Below, in pieces: positions 21,110 to 29,125 of a DNA stretch of 62,936 bases. The stretch covers positions 1 through 62,936 of the forward strand of contig CAXTTL010000006.1 in NCBI GenBank assembly GCA_964247135.1, read 5' to 3'. Numbering within the stretch: the stretch's first letter is position 1; the number at the start of each line of letters is the position of its first letter. This DNA comes from an uncultured Deinococcales bacterium. Its GTDB lineage: Bacteria; Deinococcota; Deinococci; Deinococcales; JAAFIG01. Below the pieces are notes generated by a model. That model worked only from the letters and a program-made list of their open reading frames with translations, was not told the origin of the DNA and made no database searches. A program made the position numbers and the translations under genes.

Positions 21110-21223
21110 GCGGTTTCGCCCGTAAGGTGCGTCTTGAAACCAAGAAGCGGTTTCGCCCGTGAGGTGCGTCTTGAAACCAAGAAGCGGTTTCGCCCGTAAG
21201 GTGCGTCTTGAAACCAAGAAGCG
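21110..21223. repeat. 37-bp tandem repeat x3
   Basis: GCGGTTTCGCCCGT(A/G)AGGTGCGTCTTGAAACCAAGAA at 21110, 21147, 21184; no spacers. Confidence 0.95.
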
Positions 21224-21350
21224 CCGCAACGCGGTCTGGCGAAAATCAATCTCGAGACTGGCAAGAAATGGGGCATGTGACCATCTGCATTTTACCGAAC
21301 AAGACACTTGCGGGCAGAGCCACAAACCATACCCGCCAGCGCGAATCTTG

Positions 21351-21917
21351 TTATTTGAAGGTGATCTCGAGTTCCCAACGGGCACCGCGTTTGTGGGCTT
21401 TGGTCAGGCTTGGGTCTTCACCCATTGCCAGAAGGACTTTGTTGACTTTACCCACCATGATCGGTTGGTCGGTCTTGTCTTTGGTGTCCAGCTTGCGGCT
21501 AAATTCGATCACCATGCCTTTGTCGCTCGAGCTTCCCGCCGAGGAGAGAATGTTGTCTTTGCCGCCCTCGCCGGTGTCTGGTTTTGGGGCACCGGTGGCT
21601 TTGAGCATCACCATGTCGTTTGCCATGAGTTTCCCAGCGTCAAACAAGAACATGTACATGTCCGCACCGGTTTTCTTGTCACCGGTTGGGTTAAAGCCCA
21701 GTCCCGTCCAACCCGTGCTGGGACTCTCGAGACCGAAGGTGATGGTGTCACCAACGATTTGCCAGTTGATGTTCACGCCGCTGTCGGCATGTTTGAAAAC
21801 GTGAGCGTATTCTTTGGCGGCGATCTTGCCGTCCACTTTTGGAGCCGTGCCTTGTGCGCCAGCCGCAACAAATGCCGTCAGAACGAGCACACCCATGCCG
21901 AGGATCAATTTTTTCAT
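21351..21917 (-). CDS. Secreted DOMON-domain protein
   Basis: Signal peptide; GWTGLGF...GAD, IEFSRKLDTKD, C-terminal His; ATG overlaps the upstream stop. Confidence 0.85.
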   Translation of the reverse strand: MKKLILGMGVLVLTAFVAAGAQGTAPKVDGKIAAKEYAHVFKHADSGVNINWQIVGDTITFGLESPSTGWTGLGFNPTGDKKTGADMYMFLFDAGKLMANDMVMLKATGAPKPDTGEGGKDNILSSAGSSSDKGMVIEFSRKLDTKDKTDQPIMVGKVNKVLLAMGEDPSLTKAHKRGARWELEITFK

Positions 21918-22420
21918 ACAACTTCCTCCTTCAAATCTTGTGGTTTTTCGAGTGGTGTCTCGAGGCTGCACAGCAGACCCGTGACCCCGATGTGCGTGAA
22001 AGCGAGGGCGGCGAGGATCGGACGGGCACCCTCAAAGGCGCCCGTGATGCCCTTCAAACTGAAGTTGATTTGCCCTTCAAAATTCCAGACGAGGTGAAAA
22101 GTGGCGCCCGTCAAACCGGTCAAAAAATTGAGCAGCATCAAAGCCATAAATGGGTAACGCACCCAATTCTCGCGCCGCCAGAACAGCATCAGCACCGTAA
22201 AAATAAAGCTTGGTACTGCCATCAAAAACGGAACGTGCGACTGCCAAGACTCGAGCCAGTGACCAAGAATCCATAAATCCAGGGTGTAAAACAGCAAACC
22301 AACCAAGATCAGACTCAAGAACACGGTCCGTAAAAGCTCGAGCGTCTGACGAGCCTCGTGATCGGTTGAGGCAGTGAACCGAGCTTGGTTGCTCGAAGGT
22401 TTCACTTTAACCTGTGTCAT
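21914..22420 (-). CDS. 4-TM membrane protein with conserved His, paralogue B
   Basis: LGHW, GATFHL, ARPILAALAFTHIG..GLLC. Confidence 0.8.
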   Translation of the reverse strand: MTQVKVKPSSNQARFTASTDHEARQTLELLRTVFLSLILVGLLFYTLDLWILGHWLESWQSHVPFLMAVPSFIFTVLMLFWRRENWVRYPFMALMLLNFLTGLTGATFHLVWNFEGQINFSLKGITGAFEGARPILAALAFTHIGVTGLLCSLETPLEKPQDLKEEVV

Positions 22421-22425
22421 GCCGC

Positions 22426-22863
22426 TCACCGTGCCTTGTAAGCGCACAGCAAGCCCGTCAAGCCGATGTGGGTGAATGCCAGGGGTGCGAGGGCGGGTCG
22501 TGCTCCCTCGAGGGCTTTGATGGTGCTCAGAAAACGCCAGTCAATCTTGCCTTCAAAGTTGTAAATCACATGAAACGCAAAGCCCAAAAACCCAGTGATT
22601 GCCACCAGCGCCATGACGAAAACAAAACCGTTGTAAATCCAGCTCGTCTTACGGTCGTAGAGCATCAACGCCGTGAATATAAAACCTGGTACTGCCATGA
22701 TGTACGGCAGTTTTGAACTGAACGAAGGCAACCAGTGACCCAAAATCGTGATCTCGAGCGGGTAAAGAACAAAACCGACCAGGTTGAACAACAAAAATGC
22801 GCTGCGGATTCCCTCGAGAATCTTTTGAGGTGGTGATTTGGCTTGCCTGAACGCGCTGAGCAT
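22426..22863 (-). CDS. 4-TM membrane protein with conserved His, paralogue A
   Basis: LGHW, GFAFHV, ARPALAPLAFTHIG..GLLC; GGAGG SD. Confidence 0.8.
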   Translation of the reverse strand: MLSAFRQAKSPPQKILEGIRSAFLLFNLVGFVLYPLEITILGHWLPSFSSKLPYIMAVPGFIFTALMLYDRKTSWIYNGFVFVMALVAITGFLGFAFHVIYNFEGKIDWRFLSTIKALEGARPALAPLAFTHIGLTGLLCAYKAR

Positions 22864-22905
22864 GTGAACCTCCCTGAATGATCTTGGCTTGAGTTTGAAC
22901 AGTCC

Positions 22906-22924
22906 GCATTACCAAGGCATTACC
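22906..22924 (-). promoter_or_regulatory. Direct-repeat box 1 (membrane pair/DOMON operon)
   Basis: GGTAATGC-CTT-GGTAATGC, 8 nt, CAAACT. Confidence 0.85.
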
Positions 22925-22946
22925 GCTTCATTTTGTTGTTCAAGAA

Positions 22947-22976
22947 AACCGCTCGGCATGAAAACTCCGAGCGGTT
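22947..22976 (-). terminator. Terminator of the cytochrome c gene
   Basis: AACCGCTCGG-N10-CCGAGCGGTT, T-rich tail on the minus strand. Confidence 0.6.
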
Positions 22977-23005
22977 GAGGCACAGTGATTGGAATGGCTG
23001 AATGC

Positions 23006-24145
23006 TTACTTCAAGGCATTGATGGTGGCGAGCAGCGCCTCCCTCGAGAAACTCGGGTTGTGAACGCCGTTGCTCTTGTCATATTTGACCATCAGGTAAT
23101 TCCAGGCGGCACGAACCACCAGATGCTCGGTCGGGAAAATCTGATGCCCGTCGGGTGCGGGAGCTTCGCGGAACTCGGAGATTAAACTGGTCAAAACCGT
23201 ACCGTCGGAAAGTTTGACGATCAATGCCATCTGACCATGCACGGTCGTGACATCCTCGAGGCTCTGGACGGTGCGACCCGCCAATAGCAAATCAGCATCC
23301 TTGTCGGTCTGTACGTCATACGATTTCACGACGCTGAGGGTCGCCGCACTGGTCTGAACCTGTTTGAGCATGGCAATCCGCAGTTGCTCGAGCAGGTAAC
23401 GCGTTGGACGGGCGACGTATTCTTTGTTCATGTCCTTGCCGTGACAAGCCTGACAGGCGGCTTGCGGCGGCTTGAAGCTGTGCGAATTTTCGGTTTCGTT
23501 GAGGCTCATGTGACAGGTGGTGCAACTGCCGTTGGTAAACTTTGCGTGCGGTGAGGTTCGATCTGTGGTGTCATTGATGAAAAAGAAATTCTTTGCCATG
23601 ATCATGTCGGTCTGCGCCGCCTCGTGCGGACCGGTGTAACGCTTTGGATCGCTGGTGTCCCACTGAACCCGACCATTGCGGGTGTTGTGACACGTCATGC
23701 ACAGTGCCCCATCACCCACCGCCGTGACGGCAAATCCAGACGGCAGCATGGGCGTTGAGTCCTTGAGGCGCAAGGCTTCGTTTTCGGTGTGACAGGTGGT
23801 GCAGGTGATCGGTTTGGCATCGGCTTTGGTCAAACCCAGTGACTTGAGGTACTCCACCGTGGCGGCTTTGCCATCAGGTCCTTTGATGTTACCCGGGTCG
23901 CCACGCAACAATTGCGGCAACCAAGCCCTAAAACCCTGATCGCTGTGACAGCGCCCACAGTGCGCGGCAGTCGCCTGACGTTGTTCAACGGTGGCTTCTG
24001 CCAGGGTTGTTTTGATGTTGTTATGGGCGCTCGCTTCCCATGCGGTTTGTTGCGGTGTGGTTTGCGAAAAAACTTTGAAAACACCACCAACACCGAACGA
24101 CACGAAAAGAGCCAGCGCCAGACCTCGTAGGAACGTGAGCTTCAT
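23006..24145 (-). CDS. Exported pentaheme cytochrome c
   Basis: Five CxxCH motifs (CGRCH, CTTCH, CMTCH, CTTCH, CQACH), extra His motifs, C-terminal DKSNGVHNP; N-terminal signal/anchor. Confidence 0.9.
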   Translation of the reverse strand: MKLTFLRGLALALFVSFGVGGVFKVFSQTTPQQTAWEASAHNNIKTTLAEATVEQRQATAAHCGRCHSDQGFRAWLPQLLRGDPGNIKGPDGKAATVEYLKSLGLTKADAKPITCTTCHTENEALRLKDSTPMLPSGFAVTAVGDGALCMTCHNTRNGRVQWDTSDPKRYTGPHEAAQTDMIMAKNFFFINDTTDRTSPHAKFTNGSCTTCHMSLNETENSHSFKPPQAACQACHGKDMNKEYVARPTRYLLEQLRIAMLKQVQTSAATLSVVKSYDVQTDKDADLLLAGRTVQSLEDVTTVHGQMALIVKLSDGTVLTSLISEFREAPAPDGHQIFPTEHLVVRAAWNYLMVKYDKSNGVHNPSFSREALLATINALK

Positions 24146-24267
24146 TTTGACCCTTTCTGGGATTTCACCTTGCCAGGCAAGAAAATTTGAAGTGAACCGT
24201 TCAGAACGGTAAAACAGCTCGAGCTTGGAGGACCTCGGATGTGAATCTCGAACGATGGTGATTCCAT
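24142..24267 (-). CDS. Candidate 41-aa upstream ORF coupled to the cytochrome gene
   Basis: GGAGGT 10 nt before ATG 24267; its TGA overlaps the cytochrome ATG (ATGA). Confidence 0.4.
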   Translation of the reverse strand: MESPSFEIHIRGPPSSSCFTVLNGSLQIFLPGKVKSQKGSK

Positions 24268-24331
24268 GCTTTCAACCACCTCCGCCTCGAGAACAAACGC
24301 CAAAATGCCCCACGAAAATCTTGCCCAGCCG

Positions 24332-24350
24332 GTATTACCAAGGCATTACC
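24332..24350 (-). promoter_or_regulatory. Direct-repeat box 2 (cytochrome c)
   Basis: GGTAATGC-CTT-GGTAATAC, 8 nt, CAAGAT. Confidence 0.85.
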
Positions 24351-24468
24351 GAACCCTCGAGCGAGCGGAACGGATTCGTTCGGATCAAACCGGCAGCCCT
24401 GAGTGAAGGTTGGGCGGTCGCCGGATTTGCGGGTTGACGTTTAAACCAAACCTCGAGCTTGGATGCCT

Positions 24469-24487
24469 CGTAATGTGCTGGTAACGC
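24469..24487 (+). promoter_or_regulatory. Direct-repeat box 3 (USP)
   Basis: CGTAATGT-GCT-GGTAACGC, 8 nt, CAGAAT. Confidence 0.8.
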
Positions 24488-24520
24488 TCAAGCCCCAGAA
24501 TTCGTGGGTGGAGGCACAAA

Positions 24521-25504
24521 ATGATCTCGAGAATCCTCATCCCGACCGATGGCACACCCTGCTCCGAACACGCCACCCACCTGGCATTCGATTTGGCAAA
24601 ACGCCTTGATGCTCGGGTGCTTTTGACGCATGTTGCCGATGAACGCGGCACCAGTCGATTCAGCGAACGGCGCGGGGTGCGTCAACGATACGGCAAAGTG
24701 ATGCTCGAGTATTGGGTGGACGAAGCCCAGCGCCAGGGTTTGCTTGCCAGTGACATGCTCGACTCGAGTCGCAATGTGATCGAATCGATTGTCAACATGG
24801 CAAGCAAAGAACATTGCGATCTGATCGTGATGGGGACGCACGGACGGGAAGGTATTCCAAGATTAATACAAGGCAGCGTCGCCGAAGGGGTCTTAAGAAA
24901 CACGCCCCTGCCTGTGATGCTGGTGCACCACACACCGCATCCGTTCGAGCCGCTGTTTCATCGGATTCTTGTCGCGGTGGACGGCGACGAAATCAGCGAC
25001 ACCGCCCTTCAACATGCGACCGAACTGGCTCAGGGACTGAAAGCAACCCTGGACGTGCTTCATGTGATCCCCGATGCGGCTGCGATTTCAAAAAGTTTTG
25101 GCGGCGCAAGCCAAGATGTGCAACGTTTTGTCAACGAAGCCGAAATTGAGAGCCATGAAATGATCGCGCACGTCTGGTCACAGATTCGCAGCAGTGGTGT
25201 CGAACCAAACCGCATTGAGGTTTTTGAAACCCACTCAAACGGCGCAAAGATTCACGAGGCGATCTTGCGTCACGCCAAGCAACGCAAGATTGACCTGATC
25301 GTGATGGGCACACACACCCGCACAGGTCTGGCTCGGTTGGTCATGGGCAGCGTTGCCGAAGGCGTGGTGCATCACTCGGGTTTTCCCGTGTTGTTGGTGC
25401 GCGGACTCGAAGCTCGAGCATCTAAATCTTTAATGCCACCCGAGGAGAGCCTGATTCCAACCCTCAAACTCGAGCCTTCGGCACGCCCTCAACTTGAGCG
25501 TTGA
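24521..25504 (+). CDS. Tandem-domain universal stress protein
   Basis: Two domains carrying ILxxxDG...DLIVMGTH...GSVAE. Confidence 0.93.
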   Translation: MISRILIPTDGTPCSEHATHLAFDLAKRLDARVLLTHVADERGTSRFSERRGVRQRYGKVMLEYWVDEAQRQGLLASDMLDSSRNVIESIVNMASKEHCDLIVMGTHGREGIPRLIQGSVAEGVLRNTPLPVMLVHHTPHPFEPLFHRILVAVDGDEISDTALQHATELAQGLKATLDVLHVIPDAAAISKSFGGASQDVQRFVNEAEIESHEMIAHVWSQIRSSGVEPNRIEVFETHSNGAKIHEAILRHAKQRKIDLIVMGTHTRTGLARLVMGSVAEGVVHHSGFPVLLVRGLEARASKSLMPPEESLIPTLKLEPSARPQLER

Positions 25505-25607
25505 GCAAGTCATTGCAACCTCGAGCGCTACGACTTGGGATTTATAAACCTTGAGGGTCAGTTTTTTGATCTTGGGTATCAAGCATTCACTGACGACCCT
25601 TCGCGGT

Positions 25608-25626
25608 GGTAACGCTACGGTAATGC
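25608..25626 (+). promoter_or_regulatory. Direct-repeat box 4 (88-aa ORF)
   Basis: GGTAACGC-TAC-GGTAATGC, 8 nt, CAAGCT. Confidence 0.85.
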
Positions 25627-25726
25627 TCGAGGTTCAAGCTGGGTTCTGAAGAGGAAACATTTTTACGCGGTGGCATTGGCTCATGAATCATCACGCAAGC
25701 CTCAGACTGTTAGGAAGGATTAAATC

Positions 25727-25993
25727 ATGATTCAAAACACCCTCATCCCAATCGCCCATCGTTTGCAATGCCGCTGGGTTCCTGGAACGCTGGACAAGGT
25801 TCGGATCAGTGATCCTGCGGTTCATCAGGACATGATTCTCGAGCTGCGAGATTTTTTGGAACTGGCGAACCGCGATGCGGTCAACGCCCTGCACATGAAG
25901 GGTTTGGCACAACTCGAGTGTGATCAAAAGCAATGGAGTGTGTTGTCGGCGCTGGCAGTTTCGCCCTGGAACGATTCGTCCATCTATCTCTAA
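25727..25993 (+). CDS. 88-aa hypothetical protein
   Basis: GGAAGGA SD; preceded by its own boxed promoter. Confidence 0.7.
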   Translation: MIQNTLIPIAHRLQCRWVPGTLDKVRISDPAVHQDMILELRDFLELANRDAVNALHMKGLAQLECDQKQWSVLSALAVSPWNDSSIYL

Positions 25994-26067
25994 AAGCCTG
26001 TTGATGAAGGATTGTGCGGAAGAGGCAAATAGCGATTGGCTTCAAATCGTTTGCTCACTGGCTATTT

Positions 26068-26212
26068 GCTTCTTGACCATAAAATGCACCTTCTTGATCC
26101 TAAACATGCTTGATCCTAAACATGCACCTTCGGGCAGGATCGCTAACGGGCATGGTCGCTCACGGGCGGGATCGCTTCTTGATCCTAAACATGCACCTTC
26201 GGGCATGGTCGC
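26068..26212. repeat. Complex intergenic repeat cluster related to the 21.1 and 61.4 kb repeats
   Basis: Copies of CTTGATCCTAAACATGCACCTTCGGGC (reverse complement GCCCGAAGGTGC...CAAG) plus 16-bp CGGGC...TCGCT sub-units. Confidence 0.85.
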
Positions 26213-26265
26213 CAACCGCTCAAAACGCTGCAAACCCCCAATATTTTCTCGCACAACAGACTTTC

Positions 26266-27612
26266 TCAATGCAGGGCGGCATTCGCGGCAATTTGCAAGG
26301 GGTCCCAGACGCTCGAGAATGGTGGCGCATACGCCAGGTTCAGGTTGACCAAATCCTCGAGCGTGCCGGCGCGGTGCAGCAGCGAAGCCACGACATCGAT
26401 GCGTTTGACCGCATCGCCGTGCCCAACAATTTGTGCGCCCAACAGTTTTTCGCCTTTTGTTTCAAAGACCAGCCGCACCATCATCGGACGCTTGTCTGGG
26501 TAATAACCCGCATGATCGCTGGTGTTAATACTGATGGCTTTCGCGTCCAACCCAAGTTGAAAGGCATCGAGTTCGGATAAACCCGTCAAGCCCACCGCCA
26601 CGTCAAAAACCTTGGAAATTGCCGTGCCGACCACCCCAGCAAAACCCGAGTGACCACCGGCAATGTTTGTTCCAGCGACGCGCCCTTGATGGTTTGCGGT
26701 GTTGCCGAGCGGAATGTAGGCGTGCCGTCCACTGACCAGGTGATGAACTTCGGTGACGTCGCCTGCGGCGTAAACGCCTGGCAAATTGGTCTCGAGTTGC
26801 TGGTTGACCGCGACGCTGCCAAAGGGGGTCAGTTCGACGCCAAAACTGGCTGCCAAACCCGAGTTTGGGCGCACGCCAACCGCCAGCAAGACCAGATCGG
26901 CTTCGAGTTCACCGTGCGAGGTTAATACGTGTTCGACCCTGCCATTTCCTGTAAAGCCCTTGACCTGTTCGGAGACCATCACCTCGACGCCGTGACGCTT
27001 GACTTCCGCCAGGGTCAAGGCGGCGGTGTCTGGGTCAACATTGCCCAGCAACCTGGGCAGTTGTTCGATGATCGTGACCTGCAAACCACGTTTTTGAAAG
27101 GCTTCAGCCATTTCCAGACCAATGTAACCCCCGCCGACGATCACGGCTTTGGGGTTGCTCGAGCGGTTGAAGGCGCTCAAAATCGCTTTTTGAATGGCTT
27201 CGCCGTCGGTGATGTTTCGCAGCGTAAAGATATTCTCGAGTTCAACCCCAGCAATCTGTGGTCGCAATGCCGAGGCGCCGGTGGCGATCAGGAGTTTGTC
27301 AAAAGAGGCTTTAAAAGTTTCACCCTCCAGATGATTTCGCACCTCGAGCACACGGTTTGGATAATCCACAGCGATGACCTCGTGTTGGGTCAAGGCTTGA
27401 ATCCCAGCTTGGGCAAAATCTTGTGGGGTGCGGGCGATCAGCTTGTGAAAATTGCTGATGTCACCACCGATCACATACGGCAAGCCGCAAGGGGCAAAAC
27501 TTATATGGTTCGAGCGTTCAAACAAGGTAATCTCGAGGTCTGGGTTGACCCGTTTGGCTTTGGCGGCAGCGCTTGTCCCGCCTGCCACACCGCCGATCAC
27601 AATCAATTTCAT
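26266..27612 (-). CDS. CoA-disulfide reductase / NADH oxidase-family flavoprotein
   Basis: IGGVAGG, SFAPCGLPY (redox Cys), GGGYIGLEMAE, YAAGD, LAYAPPF; GGAGG SD before ATG 27612. Confidence 0.9.
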   Translation of the reverse strand: MKLIVIGGVAGGTSAAAKAKRVNPDLEITLFERSNHISFAPCGLPYVIGGDISNFHKLIARTPQDFAQAGIQALTQHEVIAVDYPNRVLEVRNHLEGETFKASFDKLLIATGASALRPQIAGVELENIFTLRNITDGEAIQKAILSAFNRSSNPKAVIVGGGYIGLEMAEAFQKRGLQVTIIEQLPRLLGNVDPDTAALTLAEVKRHGVEVMVSEQVKGFTGNGRVEHVLTSHGELEADLVLLAVGVRPNSGLAASFGVELTPFGSVAVNQQLETNLPGVYAAGDVTEVHHLVSGRHAYIPLGNTANHQGRVAGTNIAGGHSGFAGVVGTAISKVFDVAVGLTGLSELDAFQLGLDAKAISINTSDHAGYYPDKRPMMVRLVFETKGEKLLGAQIVGHGDAVKRIDVVASLLHRAGTLEDLVNLNLAYAPPFSSVWDPLQIAANAALH

Positions 27613-27646
27613 GGTGTTAACCTCCAAGGTGCAGCATTCAACCGTC

Positions 27647-27665
27647 CAATTACCAAGGCGTTACG
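27647..27665 (-). promoter_or_regulatory. Direct-repeat box 5 (CoA-disulfide reductase-like gene)
   Basis: CGTAACGC-CTT-GGTAATTG, 8 nt, AATGCT. Confidence 0.8.
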
Positions 27666-27700
27666 GCTGCGCCAGCATCGGCACCGCTCGAGCGTTCAAA

Positions 27701-27719
27701 GGTAATGCTTTGGTAATCC
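27701..27719 (+). promoter_or_regulatory. Direct-repeat box 6 (USP, possibly with sufU)
   Basis: GGTAATGC-TTT-GGTAATCC, 8 nt, TAAAGT. Confidence 0.85.
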
Positions 27720-27756
27720 CTTAAACCTAAAGTTTGTGACGAAACAGGAGGATGTG

Positions 27757-28629
27757 ATGTTCAAACGAATTTTGATTCCGATCAACCAAGAGCGCCTCAG
27801 CGAACGCGCCGCCAAGATGGGTTTGGAGTTCGCCAAGTTGCTGGGTGCTGCCGTGGTTTTCACCTATGCCCTGACCGAGAAAGTCCCCAGCGAATTTGGT
27901 CATGAGGTCATCAGACCCTGGAAGGAACGCGCACTCGAGCTTGGACTTCACTGCGAATCGCGGCTGGCAGACGCTTACACGATGAACATCGGCGATGCCA
28001 TCGCGTTTGAAGCCGGCAGCGCCAATTGCGACCTGATCGTGATGGGCACCCACGCCAGGGAGGGCTTGAACCGGTTGCTGATGGGCAGCGTCGCCGAGCG
28101 CGTCTCGAGGGTTGCCAAAACTCCAGTGCTACTCTTGCAAGGTGAGGAGGGCAAACCGCCGGCTGTCATGTTCAAACGGATTCTGGTGCCCATCGACGGC
28201 AGCGAACCCTCGGTCTTGGCGCTGCAACAAGCCAAAGAGCTGGCGCTCAAGCTGGGGTCCGAAATTCATGTGACGTATGTCGTGCCAGATGTTCCGTTAC
28301 CAATAGGCGACCCGATTGGCGGTTACTCGGCGTTTGATTACACCAGCCTGGCAGCCGCACTCGAGATGACTGGCAAGCAAACGCTTGAGCAGGCAGCGGG
28401 TATCCTGCAACCACTCGTGGCAAAAGTTCATCTGCATCATGCCCACGGCAACAAGGTTCAGGCTTTGATTCTCGAGACTGCCAAAGAGCAGAACGTTGAT
28501 TTGATCGTCATGGGAACGCACGGTTACGGCGGTTTGAACCTCTTGTTGTTGGGCAGTGTGGCGCAAGCCGTCTCGCACCATTCGAGCGTGCCAGTCTTGC
28601 TGGTTCGTAGCCTTGGAAAAACCGTTTAG
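27757..28629 (+). CDS. Tandem-domain universal stress protein
   Basis: MFKRILxP twice, DLIVMGTH...GSVA twice; AGGAGG SD. Confidence 0.93.
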   Translation: MFKRILIPINQERLSERAAKMGLEFAKLLGAAVVFTYALTEKVPSEFGHEVIRPWKERALELGLHCESRLADAYTMNIGDAIAFEAGSANCDLIVMGTHAREGLNRLLMGSVAERVSRVAKTPVLLLQGEEGKPPAVMFKRILVPIDGSEPSVLALQQAKELALKLGSEIHVTYVVPDVPLPIGDPIGGYSAFDYTSLAAALEMTGKQTLEQAAGILQPLVAKVHLHHAHGNKVQALILETAKEQNVDLIVMGTHGYGGLNLLLLGSVAQAVSHHSSVPVLLVRSLGKTV

Positions 28630-28681
28630 GATTTGCCGCAAAACATACCCTTTCGCCAGCCAAAACGACTAGACTTTGGAC

Positions 28682-29125
28682 ATGGCTTTTGAAGAGATTT
28701 ACCGCGAAATTGTCCTCGAGCATTCCCGCAAACCACGCAACAAAGGCGTGCTCGAGGGGGCAACCTTGAAGCAAAAGGGGGTCAATGCCTCCTGCGGTGA
28801 CGAGATCGAATTGCAGTTGTTGCTTGAGGGCGATGTGATCTCTCAAGCCAGATTTACGGGCGTCGGTTGTGCCATCTCGCAAGCCAGCGCCTCGTTGATG
28901 ACCCTGGCGCTCGAGGGGCGCAAGGTTGCGGAGGCGCTCGCGTTGGCGCACGATTTCAGCGCCATGATTCGCGGTGAAACACCCAAAGAAACGTTGGGCG
29001 ATCTGGCAGCCTTTCAAGGCGTCTCGAAACTTCACGCTCGGGTCAAGTGCGCGACCCTGCCCTGGCAGACCCTGGAGGTGGCGCTGAAGCGCTCAGGCGA
29101 AGAAGTTGCGGCAACGCTCGAGTGA
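28682..29125 (+). CDS. sufU: SufU (NifU-like) Fe-S assembly/sulfur transfer protein
   Basis: YREIVLEH, NASCGD, GCAISQASAS, RVKCA. Confidence 0.92.
   Translation: MAFEEIYREIVLEHSRKPRNKGVLEGATLKQKGVNASCGDEIELQLLLEGDVISQARFTGVGCAISQASASLMTLALEGRKVAEALALAHDFSAMIRGETPKETLGDLAAFQGVSKLHARVKCATLPWQTLEVALKRSGEEVAATLE

Noticed and set aside
21110-21223. CRISPR array (37-bp repeats; likewise the 39-bp repeats at 61354)
   Set aside because: Units are head-to-tail with no unique spacers, and there are no cas genes in the window
23006-24145. Calling the pentaheme cytochrome nrfA
   Set aside because: No CxxCK, shorter than typical NrfA, and no NrfH/NrfBCD neighbours; function left open
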